Assembly: GCF_009834535.1 (NCBI RefSeq)
Contig: NC_045732.1
Location: forward strand, 23,312,001-23,376,000
Direction of reading: 5' to 3'
Origin: Camelus ferus
Taxonomy: Eukaryota
Length of the DNA stretch: 64,000 bases
Shown here: in pieces, positions 26,641-39,400 of the stretch
How positions within the stretch are numbered: the stretch's first letter is position 1
How the letters are laid out: each line of letters starts with the position of its first letter
Notes under the pieces: model-generated
Database searches by the model: none
What the model was told of the DNA's origin: nothing
What the model saw: the letters and a program-made list of their open reading frames with translations, nothing else
Position numbers and translations under genes: made by a program

Positions 26641-28889
26641 CTGTCACCAATAGGAGTGGGCCTTTGTCCTTGACCCTGGTCTGTACTTTCCATTCTTCCC
26701 TCTGTCCTGGCCCTGAAGAACTCCCCAGTCTGGTTTGTCCTTTGCTTGGCCCCCCTGGAAGGATGTTGCACAAAATGAAGATATGAGGGCTTTGGTTTCT
26801 ACTTCATGCCAGCAGTATTTTCTCCACTCTTGCACTTCTGGAGGACCTGCTGAAGCGTTGGATGTTTAATTGAACGGAATAATATAAATTTGATTTGACT
26901 TTAAAATATATCATTAATTTGAACAAGATTCAAGAATATTGAGGCTTGAGAGAGACAAGGAATGAAAACGAACACATCAGAAAAGTTCAGCTCAAGCAAT
27001 AGATGGCTGCATCTCCCTCATAATCCCTTATAAAGTACTTTGCTGTTTACAAGTCAGAACATTCTCATTCTGATTAATTTGAGGGATCTAATAAGGTCTC
27101 AAAATTGTCCTGGTTCACTTTTAAATGAACCAGCAAGCTGTAAGGTTCCCTTTGATCCATGTATGCAAATTAGTCTTTGAGGCTGATGCAGATGACAATG
27201 GAATTTTCCAACTGCACAGCAATATATGCTTAATTATACATGGTATTGTTAGAGACACCCATTTTTCATGGAATTATGAAGGTTTCATAACTTTGGCAAA
27301 GTCATTTAATGAAAGCCGTACTGAGATTGCGGCACTGATATTCTAAGTAACATCTCTAGTCATCAGTGATTGGGCTTTCTGGGGGTTTTAAATTTGTGAT
27401 AAATACCTCCTTTTATGTCTAAGGGTATGTGCTTTATTAAACGCATTTTCTACTTGTCTGTGAAAGTTTTTGGCAAGATAAGCTGACTCAGTGGCTGATG
27501 TCATCACGTGCCCTCCAGCAATTAGCATGCTTTACTTTAGGAAATATTTGGGGAAGGAAGGAAAGAAGTAGAGAAAGTGTTTATAGGAAGAATGATAAAT
27601 ATTTAGGTTGATTATCTGTTTAAACAATTATTTGTGAAGTGCTGGAGCTGATAAACAAATTCTTTTTTTTTCTTTTGTATCCGGAACTCATTGACTTTCA
27701 TATTAAGGAAATTGGAACAAATGTCCAAGTAAGATCACACCATGCTCTACTTTAATTTTTTAGGTTTATGCCCCGAGTTCCCTCAAATTACAGGATTTTT
27801 GGAATGTTTACTCCTCTTTTCTTATCTCCTGTCCTGGACACATACACTTCTTCAGTATTCTTTTGAATCCTCAAAGACTGTCACTTTTCTGCTGGGCTGG
27901 CAAGCATCATGCTTTTTTCCCCCTTTTTAATTAGATTTTCTCAGAATGATGGAAACAATGGTGGGATATGATTTGAGGTCAGGGTATCCCTCCATCCACT
28001 TCAAATTGTCTCGGCACCACAGATTTTTTTGTATATAAATTAGGCACTTCTGAGAACAGGATGAGGTCTTTGAGACCTACAGCTATGCTTAATTATAATA
28101 CCTTATATTTGCATAATGTTTTAAAGTGCATTGTCTCCTATAAAGCCTCTTACCTCATTGTATTTTAATTGTATTGTTTAGAGGTCTGTCTCTCTTAATA
28201 GAAAGTGAGCTCCTGAAAGGCCAGAACTATATATATTTCTCATGTGGCAGGCCTGGTACCTGGCATATAATTAGTGCTTTAATAATCATTTGTTGAATAT
28301 GGGGAACTTTTTCTACTAGTTTTACTCACAGCATTATTGTGAGTATTAGATGAATCATTAGATGGAAAAACCCTGATGACTGAGCCCTGGTACAGAGAGT
28401 GGAGAAAGGCTATTCCATTGGTTCTCTAAATAAATTCAGCTATTTACCTGAACAAATATATCATATGAGACTGAATGATATATGCATGACAATAGAAGGG
28501 GAGCAGTGGTGAAAGGATTTCAAAATGATGAATAATCCCTCAAAGCACTTATTTCTCTTAGAAGTGTAAGATATGTTAGGGTAATAGATTTACATTCATT
28601 ATTAAATTTTGATTACAGTTAAAGCAGACTGCAGTGGAGTTTGTGTGGGTGAATGTTTAATCATCAATTTTTGACTGTAAACTCCAGAAGGCCAGCTTCT
28701 GTCATGATCAGCACTGTTTCCTCTGTGCCTAGCACAGTGCCTGGAATACTGTAGGTATCCTGCAGCAGGATTAAGGAAAATGTCTCAGAAGTCCTCAAAA
28801 ACTCAAGTGGAAGTTTTTAAATCATCGGAGTCTAATGATTATAACAGTTTAAAAGCAGTTGTTCTCGAGACACTTTCAGGAAGACTGCA

Positions 28890-29390
28890 TTAATGGGCCC
28901 AGTTCTTCCCTCCTCTCATATCCACGTCCTTTGCCACCTGACTTTGCGGTTTGTCCCATTGAAGAGGAAGAATCTATTTTCCTACCCCTTGGCTTTGAGT
29001 TTGGCCACGTGACTTGTTTTGGTCGATGAAATATTAGCGGGTCAAAGGCTTGGAGGGCAGACCAAAAGCTTGGAGAGCACTTGAAAATGAGGCTTATCTT
29101 CTTGTATCTCTACTGTTGCCATGAGAGGTATACATCTGGCCTCGCTCTCCAGCCCCAGGAGGAGGATGAGTGACATGTGGAGAAGAGCTGTACCAACACA
29201 ACCAACCCGGGAACAGGTCAGCCAGTCCACAGCTGAGACTAGCAGAATTGCCCAGTGAAGTCCATTCTATATTATCTGCCCCTCAAGCAACACATAGAGT
29301 TGTGAGAGTATAATGACTGTTGTTTAAAGTCACTTAATTTGGGGTGTTTTTTGGCAGTATTTTTGTGGGAATGGCTAACTGATTTGTTGA
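28890..29390 (+). mobile_element. MLT1 LTR
   Basis: ttggccacgtgacttgttttggtcgatg...gactgttgtttaaagtcacttaatttggggtg...gctaactgat. Confidence 0.8.
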
Positions 29391-30689
29391 AGTAATGAAT
29401 GCTTAAATGATAGTGCATGGCCAGCTATTCTTAGGTACCTATTTCTTTTTCTAGCATCACTCCTCAGAATAAACCATCAGGCAATAAAATATGGAAGAAA
29501 GTGTCCAGAACTGTGAGTTAGGAGACCCAGGTTTTAACAGTGGCTCTGCTAACCTTACATGGCTTCACTGAGATAAATCTTAAAGTGAGGATAATTGTAG
29601 CAAATACATATCCCGACAATTTCATAGGAAGGGTATGAAGATGAAAACAGATGGTAGACTTTGAAAAACTGAATGTCCTCTGCTAATATTATTACTAAGT
29701 TTTATCATAATGACCAATATATCTGACCTCATCAGTGAATGAACTATTTCACAAAAGAGCATTTTTTCAGAAACTATAAGTTTACATGTGTAAATGCCAT
29801 TATGTTTATTTTTACTTTTTGTAGCCTTCTTAAACATGGTATTTTGACATGATCATTACTTCTTAATGACTTGGGACTGTAATTTTGAATAGCAGTGGTT
29901 TTGCCACTTCATCAACTCCATTGTAAAATAATTAGGGGGGGTCTCAGATGACCGCTGATAACCTCCAGTGTCCTTTCTTGTTCTAATCTTGTTTCTTTAT
30001 TGTGCTGCCATGCAGCAGAATATCTTTAGGGGCTATTGAAGCATGGAGGGCTTAGTAGTCCACTCACTGAATGTCCACCCTCACCCAACTGCTCTATGTG
30101 AACACTTCCACTTCTTCTGCCTGCTCTGTTGATCTCTTGTTCCTTGCCACTGGTAGACTTTATTTAGTTCTCAGTGGTTTCTGTATCTAATCCATCGCTT
30201 TTTTCTGGAGGTTATCTGGAGGAGACCAAACTATCTGTACATATTTCTAATATTATTACATTCATAGCTCTTTGGGGTACCTGTGCTGCACAAAAGTCCT
30301 TTAAACTAATTTTGGAGTCCCATGGGTTACAACTGGCTGAGGCTGCTGCAAGTTGGACCTCGGGGTAGATAAGGTTTTCCTGAATTGTTGGCCTCCCATC
30401 CACAGCGGTGTGTTAGTGTAGTCTTGAGTGTGTACCCCTTCATCTAGCTCCCTTCACTACACATTGTTTTATATGCTTTGCAGGGGAAACAAAGGCAACT
30501 TTTCAGACACCTAGTTTGCATTCCCTCTGCATGTCTCCTATTCAGCTTTCAGATGGAGAGCAACATTTTACATCCCGCCTCATGAAAATAAACGTGGACA
30601 TGTTAATCATGGTTGAACCACTTCTGATGTGTGGTCCAGCAAAAGTTCTCCCAACATCAGTTATATCACATGGGGTAGTGGGAAGAATA

Positions 30690-30925
30690 CAAATGTACAT
30701 TCAGATAGACATGGACTCATGTATTGACTTTGCCACCTGTTAGCCATTCCATCTTTCCAGCTGTGCAATGATAAACCTCTAAGTTGTAGTTTTTCCCATC
30801 TATAAAATGAAGTTAATCATAGTTCCTCCTTTTTGTCCTGTTTTGAGGTTTAAACAAGGTATATGTAAGGAAGTGTATCACAGTGACTGGCAGATATAAG
30901 AATTCAATAAATGTTATCATTATTC
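30690..30925 (+). mobile_element. MIR SINE
   Basis: ttttcccatctataaaatgaagttaatcatag...ttcaataaatgttatcattatt. Confidence 0.8.
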
Positions 30926-32934
30926 ATCTTATTATTAGTATTATTAATTGTAGAAATTTGTAAGATATGCAACAGCGCAAAGAAAACTTAAAAATAACAG
31001 AATTCTACCACTTAGAGAACTATTGTTAATATATAGACATATATATATTGTGTATGTGTGTGAGGGAGGAGTGTGTTTTTACCTAGCCCATTCTTTGTTA
31101 TCCTATAAAATGGGCATTTCCCTAAGAAATTCTGATTAGAATTTTGCACCTCATTTGGGATTTCCCTGACCTGATTTTGGAGCAAAATATGAACACATTT
31201 TTTAAGCAAATATCTTCCCAAGAGACTAGGGGGGAAGGGTTCACAGTAAAATTACATAGAGCAATTGAAGGCTTCATTTCTTCCAATTATTTAGCTCAAA
31301 TCAATGATATTTTCTAAACATGTGCTACATGGAATACATATAGCCATTTTATGTTTATCCTAGATAAAACATCAAGAGTAAAAATGCTCTAAATTTTGCT
31401 TTTGGCAGGGTTGTATGTCCAAAGGTCAGTAATTTTCCTGTGTGGGATGGTAGGGACTAGCTGTACAGAATAGTTAGGTTTTTTGATTAGGGACTGCTAT
31501 CTTTCCCTTGGAGATACCCCACAGATTAGGCAGCCAGAAATCAAGTTAAATGCTCCAAAATGTCAAAGCTTCAGTTGACAAAGAAATCATTTTAGAATCC
31601 TGGTGTGAAGTGCAAAGTAGACTTTTCCCTGAAATTTTGACTAGAACTCACATCTGAAAACAAAAGACGCCAAAGTCCCCTGCGTTTTGAGTCCAGAGAA
31701 TTGGCAATCTGTAGGAACAGTCACCTCCCCCCTCAGTCTGCCTACTGTGAGGCATGGTTTCAGCAGAACAGGTACCAACATTCCTCCCCTATTTGCTTGC
31801 TTCTCTCTCCATCAAGTAAAAAGTGGCTATAGGATATGAGGCCATCTTAGGAGGAGATTAGCAATTCATGAAAGGGCAGCCACTCCTTCCCCTCCTCCCC
31901 TTCCTGTGGGGCGTTCAGCTTACTCCTGTAAGACGGAAGGTGGCAGGACTGCCACAACCTCCTCACTTTGAATCTGACTGTACAATTAGCTCCTGGACCC
32001 AGATTACTGAGCTAGCAAGCCAGCAGAGTGTGCCGATACCCTGGGCTGGTGTTTCTGGGGCATAGGGTAATGGCAAGGCGGAAAGTCAGAACTGAGACGC
32101 AGAGTGCCAGGTGCTGCCAGCATTCCCACCCTTCAGCATGACAAGAGTGTGGAACTTTCCTGTGCCTGAGTGGATACCACAGAAGGTGGCTAGAATGTAA
32201 ACTCTCTTGTATCCTCCACGAGGGCTGCCAGTTCAGTAAGGAAGTCCCATCAGCAAGTCACCGTGGGGAAGATACTGGGGAGGGGTGAGAAAGAGGCCAA
32301 TTCAGCCAGATTTCCACTCTAGGGCACTCAGGGGCAGCCTCCCCTGGAGTCCTCTGAAGAACCAGTATACTGTTTCCCTTCAGAGAGCCAGCATTGTAAA
32401 TTGCTGCCTCATGGAGAGAACCCAGGGCAGTCAGAGTTACACAGGACAACAGTGACACCAATAGAAAAGAGATGCTTACCTCACCACCATCACAGAAGGG
32501 AACTATAATTATAATCAACAAGGCAGAGGGAAGGCATTTCTCCCTTCTTCCCTCCACCTCAACCCTGAGGAGTCTGGGTAGAGAAGAGGGCAGCGTGTGA
32601 GAGCAGTGCCCCCTTATTTTGATATGACCCCCCATTCCAAGTCTCTGGAGCCACTAGTCAGCCTCAGTGGGAGGAAAGTTTGAATCAAATAATGAGATTG
32701 GATTTTTAAAATAAGTTTTAGGCTGTTTTAATATTAATTAAATATTAAATGAAAAAATATAACATAGTATATTATATATAAAATATAAATAATATAATGA
32801 TCTTTCAGTGATTCACTTCCTGACTAGCAGCATTCACTCAACATTTTATCAAGTGTCTACGATGTTTGTTAGGTATTGAGCAAAAGTGTTAGGGATTCAG
32901 GAATGAATAAAACATGTAAATGCCTACCACTTAC

Positions 32935-33590
32935 AGTGGATATTACTGGCTGTTGAACAAAATCTTTTTCCTCGTCTTCTAGAACACACAGCTTGATTAC
33001 CTTTCCCAGCCTACCTCGCAGTTGAGTATGGTCATGTAACTAGTTCTAACCAATGGAATATGAATGGAAGGTATTGTCACTTCCTCCCCTAGGCAGTTCC
33101 ATCATTATCTTTCCTTGTCAGCTGAATGCAGATAATTATAAGTCCCTGGGGATGCCAGAGCCACAAGATAGAATGTGTCTGAATCCTTGAATTGCCACAT
33201 GGAGGAAAAGCCACCCACTGACCAGAAAACACACTTTGGACTATTACGTGAACAAGAAATAAACTTCTGTTGTGTTTGAATGGTTATGTATTTGGGGGAC
33301 TACAGTTGATCCTTGAACAACACGGGTTTGAACTGCATGGGTCCACTTATATGTGGATATTTTTTCAGTAGTAAGTATTATAGTGCTACATGATTCATGG
33401 TTGATTGAATCTGAGGATGCAGAACCATGGATACGGAGGAACTGTGGATACTGAGGAACTGTGTATGTGAAAGACTGTCTATATTCAGATTTTCAACTTC
33501 ATGGAGGGTCGGCGCCTCTAACTCCTGTGATGTTCAAGGGTCAACTGTATTTATTATAGCAATTCATCCTACCCTAGTTAAAATACCAGT
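32935..33590 (+). mobile_element. MLT1 LTR interrupted by a Tigger MITE
   Basis: tttcccagcctacctcgcagttgagtatggtcatgtaactagttctaaccaatgg...aagaaataaacttctgttgtgttt, resuming after 33549. Confidence 0.8.
33303..33547. mobile_element. Tigger-derived MITE (Tc1/mariner superfamily)
   Basis: TIRs cagttgatccttgaaca / tgttcaagggtcaactg (one mismatch), flanked by TA at 33301-33302 and 33548-33549. Confidence 0.92.
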
Positions 33591-35829
33591 GCAGTAGGAA
33601 TTTTCCTTTTAATAATCAGAATTTTGGTTCTTTCCTGATTTGTGGATAACAGTTAGTTGTTTGACTCCTTTTTCACTTTCCTGCCTTTCTTTTTGTAGCT
33701 GGGAATAAAGTTACTGTGGGATTCTCTGGAGATATTGTAACAGAAGAGAACTGTATTTAAGTGAAATTATTAGAATCAGGTTCTGAACAGATCATTGATC
33801 TTTTTTTGCTATGGCTAAATTCTTTCTTAAGGCAAAGTAGCAGTTATCAGTAGACAAGAATGTCTATGCTTAGGAACAGAGATCACTGTAGAACCTGATC
33901 AAGGACCAACCTTGACATGGCTAACTCATCATAGGTCCTGGGTTTGATAGTCAGAACCTCTCCCTATTTTTCCCTTTTATGCTAAAAAATCCCCAGGAGT
34001 GTACTCTTCCACTGGCTTCAGGAGAGGAAAATTGTGGAATAAGGTGGGGGAAAGGGAGAGAAATTTACTTTGCCCAGGAAGGAAGTCTCTAGCAATTGAC
34101 AGATAACCCTAAGGAGCCTGAAGGAAGTTCATCTATGCTTAAAAAAATTCAGCCAGGTCTCTCTGATAATAAAATGAATACAAAGTAGATGAGAATTTTT
34201 AGGTTGGAGAAGTGATAATTTTTTAAGATAGGAACTTTAAAATTGAATCAATAAATACTGATGTGTGTATGTGTATACACACATATATGTAAAGTTCATA
34301 CATTTAGTTTATCGTTGCTTGACCTATTATTTTAAAATTCACTCTGAAAAGAAAAGAAAAGAAAAAAAAAATAAAATTCACTCTGTATGATATTTAGCAC
34401 GTGTCTACATAGCATTTTTCAACAACTCCAAAGCACCTGCTGGGAAAATTTGTACTATGCTAAAATATATTTCATGAGAGAAGTTCTCAAGAGGAAATCA
34501 CAAAAGAAATTAGAATAGCCAAAGTCTTTAAGAGAAAGAAAATGTCATAAATAGAGATACTGCAAAATCTTTTCCTCTTGACTCCCTAGTTCCGATTGGC
34601 ATTTCCCCTTTCTTTACTGCTCCATCAGTGATTTATTTGAGGCTGAAGGCAGATGCCTGGATGATTTGTGAGGCCTCCCTAATGCCACGGTGATAGGGAT
34701 CAATGATTTGCTCTAAGAAGTAGTAAAATGCATCATCTCTATTGAACAAACGATATTTCTAAAAATATTTTGCTAAGCATAGGAGTAAAACTTGAGATTT
34801 ACTGTCAGGAAAGAAACATTAGAAAGTTAATCTATCTCCTGCATGACACGATTGGCATTTCTCTCAATCAAACTTTATCTGTCATTCCGTGTTGAAAGGA
34901 AACAGGTACCTCAAAAGATGTTTATTTCTAAACAGTTTTCTCCGGAAGAGGAAGAATTCTGCTTCATACAGTGCATTTTACTATATTACTCCTCTTTAGT
35001 ATGAAGTTGAGGGCAAGAGACTACTAAGACTAAAATGAACCCAAACCGATAATTATGTACCGAAGCTAAGTGGCTAAAAGAAGTACTTTATGTGCAATTA
35101 TTTATTTTTTCACTTTTTCTGAGATTATAATATGAATGATATACTCAGTGCAGAAAGCTTGGAAAACCCAAATAAACACAAATCAAAAAGCAATCACACC
35201 ACCCAAAGAAAACCTTCTCATCTGTATTCACTTAATGTATATTTTTAATAGCTCTGCTTTACTTAAAACATTTGCAGGCCGTGGATTTCAAACCAGAGGC
35301 CAGAAACCTAGCAACTTGCTACTACTGGACAAGAGAATGGGGACATATTGAAAATGATAAGAGAAACAAAAGATTTAAAGAAATAAATCTACAGAAATCT
35401 GGTGAATGTATTTTAAAAATATTGCAAGTTAACTTGTGTTAGAGCTAATTGATACTTTTGCTCTCCTGGTAAAAATACATCCATATTTTACAAACAAAAT
35501 GCATTATAATGCATCTAACTCCTGTATATAGTAAATATGGCTGTGATCACCCAGGAAATATTAGGAAGTTGGAAAATTACAGTGTTACAAATGTGACACA
35601 TGGAATACAGAAAGAAATGGATTATTTATTTATTTATTTTTGGAAATGGATTATTTCGAGTATTACCAATTATTATAACTTGATAATGGCTGTGAAAGCT
35701 TTTTGTCAATTTTACTGTGCCCTGCAGATGCTATTATTATTGCTGTTAATTACTATTATTCTTACTAACTATGTGGAGAGGAAGTTAAGGTGGGAAAAGC
35801 TGAAATTACACAGTAAAATGTCCCCTGAT

Positions 35830-36290
35830 TTTTTTTTTTAAAACACATTTATTGTGGTTTGGTTCCTGTACAGTAAACTACACATATTTCAGATGTACAC
35901 TTTGATGAATCCTGATAGATGGACACACTTATGAAATCATTGCCACAATCAAGATAGCTAACATTTCCATCACTCCCCAAAAGGTGCAAATTTTGAACAC
36001 CCAATTTATCCCTTCCCACCCACTTTACCCCCTGGTAACCATAAGTTTGTTCTCTTATGTCTGTGAGTCTGTTTCTGTTTTATAAATAAGTTCATTTGTG
36101 TCTCTTTTTTTTGGATTCCACATATGAGTGATATCATACGGTATTTTTCTTTCTCTTTCTGGTTTGCTTTACTTAGAATGACGATCTCCAGGTCCATCCA
36201 TGTTGCTGCAAATGGCATTATTTTACTCTTTTTTATGGCTGAGCAGTATTCCATTATATACCACATCTTCTTTATCTGGTCATCTAAATG
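35830..36290 (-). mobile_element. L1 3' end(s) including the ORF2 C-terminal remnant
   Basis: The minus ORF 36006-36266 reads YIMEYCSAIKKSKIMPFAATWMDLEIVILS..., the L1 ORF2p C-terminus. An older L1M 3' end abuts it at ~35830-36000. Confidence 0.9.
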
Positions 36291-36879
36291 TTCCCTGATT
36301 CTGAGGAAGATCTAATGGCCTGAATATACAGTATTAGCAAGAAATATTTTAGGGTGGTCATGTAGGAGAATGATTCAGTTTGATCCTATGAATCCTCAGA
36401 GGTCAAGATAAAGACTTTGGGCAGTTTCCTTAATTAAAGAAATCACTTTAGAGAAATAAATATTAAATTAAATGATAATTAATAGCATCCTACCTTCATG
36501 AGAAAATTTCCCCTAAATTGCAGCAATTTTACTTTACTTTGGATGTCCCTCTATTAAAGCCCAGGCAGGGCTTTGGGACCATATTGAGTTGTTTCCCTGT
36601 TTGGAAAACATTTTGGTCTCTTAGTGTTGAGCTTTTCCCCCAAGTCAGCCTGTTAAGGTATTTCTTTCATGTTTTAGTTAGAATCATTTCCAGCCCTTGA
36701 AAAGCAAATACAGTATGTTTATGTCATCTAAGAAGCTGCTAGTTTTTTGCTTGTCACCCACCGATGTTAAAATTACATAATTTGTAACAGCCCAAAATGG
36801 CTGAGATTGCAGAAAGTTGAATTGTCTCTCTTTGAAAATGTAACATTATTGTTATCACAGGGCCTTTATTTTATGCCTC

Positions 36880-37175
36880 TGTATAAATCAGAGTAGGATA
36901 AGTGTCATAACAAACCATTCAAAAATCTCAGTGGCCTATTACAATGAGAGTATATTTCTCACTCATGTCACATTCAACTCAGGTAGGGAGTGTAGGTGCT
37001 TCTGCTCCACTCATTCAGGAATCTAGTCCCCTTCTATCATGTGGTATATAGATCTCTTCCACTTACATTTCATTCGTCAGAACTCAATGATATAGCCCAT
37101 CCTAACTGTAATCCACCTCTATGCCCAGGAAAAAAAGAAATGTTTTGTGAATGCATAGAAGTCTCTGTGTCACCT
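36880..37175 (-). mobile_element. MLT1 LTR fragment
   Basis: cataacaaaccattcaaaaatctcagtggcctattacaatgagagtatatttctcactcatg. Confidence 0.7.
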
Positions 37176-37669
37176 CAAGAAATTGGAATAATATGCAATA
37201 GAAAGTCTAAACTCCGGTAGATTTTTTTCTTAAAGTAGAAATTTACCATTAAAATGAGACAAATGGTTCTGTGGTAAACATTTTGGTTTTGAGGTATTCC
37301 CAATATACATAAGTGCCTCTCAAGTTGGTTTTAGAGAGAGTCTATCAATTGCTGGGCTGTAGGGGCCCTTACTCATGATCATACATCATTACATGGCATG
37401 ATATGGGGCAGTGCTTTCTGACCTGGGGTCCCCCACCCCTGAACATTTTCAAAATGGGTCCATGAACCCATACATAAAAAGTCATTTTCTGAATTAGCCA
37501 CTGAACCAGGTTAGAGGACATTATATAATGCCCAAGAGTGCCATGCTGTTCTTTGCTAATGATACAATTCTAAGAATTGAGTTGTATTTCTTGGAGCCAA
37601 TTTAAGAGGACTTATGGAAAATTGGAGGATGTTCAGAGAAGAGTGACTAGGGGAATGAAGGCGTTTCAA

Positions 37670-38400
37670 ATCACATCATTCATTCAACAGTATTGAAGGC
37701 TTACCAGGTCCCATTCACTACGGTGCTGGAGATGTGGGGAGAACAACAGAAATAGTGTTTCTGCCTTCATGGAACTTAACAATAGTGATAATGAACAAGG
37801 AAATAAGTGTACGAGCATGTTAAATTTAGCTAGTTATAAATGCCTGAAGGAAAATAGAGTGATGTGCTAGGGAGTGTCTAGTAGGGATAGGACTTCATTA
37901 GATTGGATAAGTCAGGGAAGGTCTTTCTGAGGAGGGTGGGATATTCCGGTGGAGATCTGAATGATAAGGATCCAGCCACGCGGGAAAGAGCATTCCAGAT
38001 AAAAGCCCTTATGTGGAAAAGACTTTAGTTTTCAAATAACAGAAAGGCCTTTGTGACTGGAGAGCCTGAGCAAAGAGGAGGAGTGACATGGCTGGGTTTA
38101 TATGATTAAAATGGCGTTCTGGCTTCTGTGTGATGAGTGGGATGTTATGGATGCAAGGGTGGAACCAGAGAGACCTGTTATGGGCTGCTAACTATCAAGG
38201 GAAGAATGATGGAGCTTGTAGAAACTGTTAGCAGTAAGAAGGCAAAAGAAGTTGATGGATCTTTTTTGGAGGTTGGGTGTTGTTAGAGAAAGAGGAATCT
38301 ACATTACATTACTCCTAGGTTTTTAGTTTGGACTATTGGGTGGAAATCTTTTGGGGATGTTGAATGGGGATTGATCCAGATAAACTTTAGGATTCCTTAA
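37670..38400 (-). mobile_element. L2 3' region
   Basis: cattcattcaacagtattgaaggcttacc...aagtcagggaaggtctttctgaggagggtg. Confidence 0.85.
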
Positions 38401-38679
38401 AACTTAAGGACACATGATTTGATGAAAGACAAAACAGGAGCTGGGTGGGGTATTGACCCCAGTGATGGGGACATGCTGAGCTTGCTCCTGGAGGCTCTAT
38501 CCTGTCATGTTTTAACCACAGGCTCCCATAGGTACCATGGGTTCCGCACCTGCGGTACTTATCTGTAGGAGGCTGCGCTGTCTGCTGCATTAAAATAGAA
38601 AGTGGCTGTTTTGTAGATTGGAATACTCCTTCCACTTTACCCTCCTTTTCTGAGTCATGTGGCTAATTGCCATTCTTTT

Positions 38680-39075
38680 TCCTTGGTTCAAAAAAAGCTT
38701 AATCTCATGAGAAGTCACATTCTGACTGAAATACATTCCCTGCTTTTCTTATAGCTAGGGGTGGCCAATGAGATGTAGGCAAAACATATTGGGTGGGACC
38801 TATGAGAAGACTGTAAGAGGGAGAGTTCTGCTTGGAACACAGGTGTAATGGCTGGAGATAAAGCAACTGTCTTGGCGTAAAGCAAGTGTGACAATGGAAA
38901 CAGGGAACTCAGGGACTCAGGAGGGCAGAGAAGAAAGGTGAAAGGAGCCCAAATCCCTGATGACAAATGGCCTATCCCCGTACTTCTTTTATGCAAATGA
39001 AAAAGAAACAGCTGTTTTGTTTAAAGCTCTTATATTTTAATTACTAGCAGCCAAATGCAGCTCCTCCCTAGCTGA
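38680..39075 (+). mobile_element. MLT1 LTR
   Basis: ttccctgcttttcttatagctaggggtggccaatgagatgtaggc...ttactagcagccaaatgc. Confidence 0.7.
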
Positions 39076-39099
39076 AACTACTTTTTAAGACAACCTCTT

Positions 39100-39400
39100 C
39101 TAACTTCTTTGAGCTGCTCTGTGACAGGTTCCTTGGGCAAACGAGTTCGGTCAGTGCTGCCTGCTATATCCCTACTCAGGCGTTCCTCACCCACTCTGTT
39201 TCAAAATGCAACCCGCTCAAACTGTATTCCTCATCCTCACTTCCTGCTTCATTTTTTGCCATGTGACTTATCCTTATCTTGCATGCCATGTGATTTATGT
39301 ATTTTATTTATTGCCTTCTCTTGCATCTCTCCCCACAATTTAGAAGTAAGCTCTATGAGGATTTTTGTCTATTTCATTCACTGCTGTATCCTCTGATCTT
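39100..39400 (+). mobile_element. L2 3' end fragment
   Basis: ccccacaatttagaagtaagctctatgagg...ttcattcactgctgtatcc. Confidence 0.65.

Noticed and set aside
29003-29019. GTCACGTGG E-box/CLEAR-like motif
   Set aside because: It is part of the MLT1 LTR body and has no independent support.
36006-36266. 86-aa minus ORF
   Set aside because: It is the L1 ORF2 C-terminus plus 3' UTR, not a host gene.
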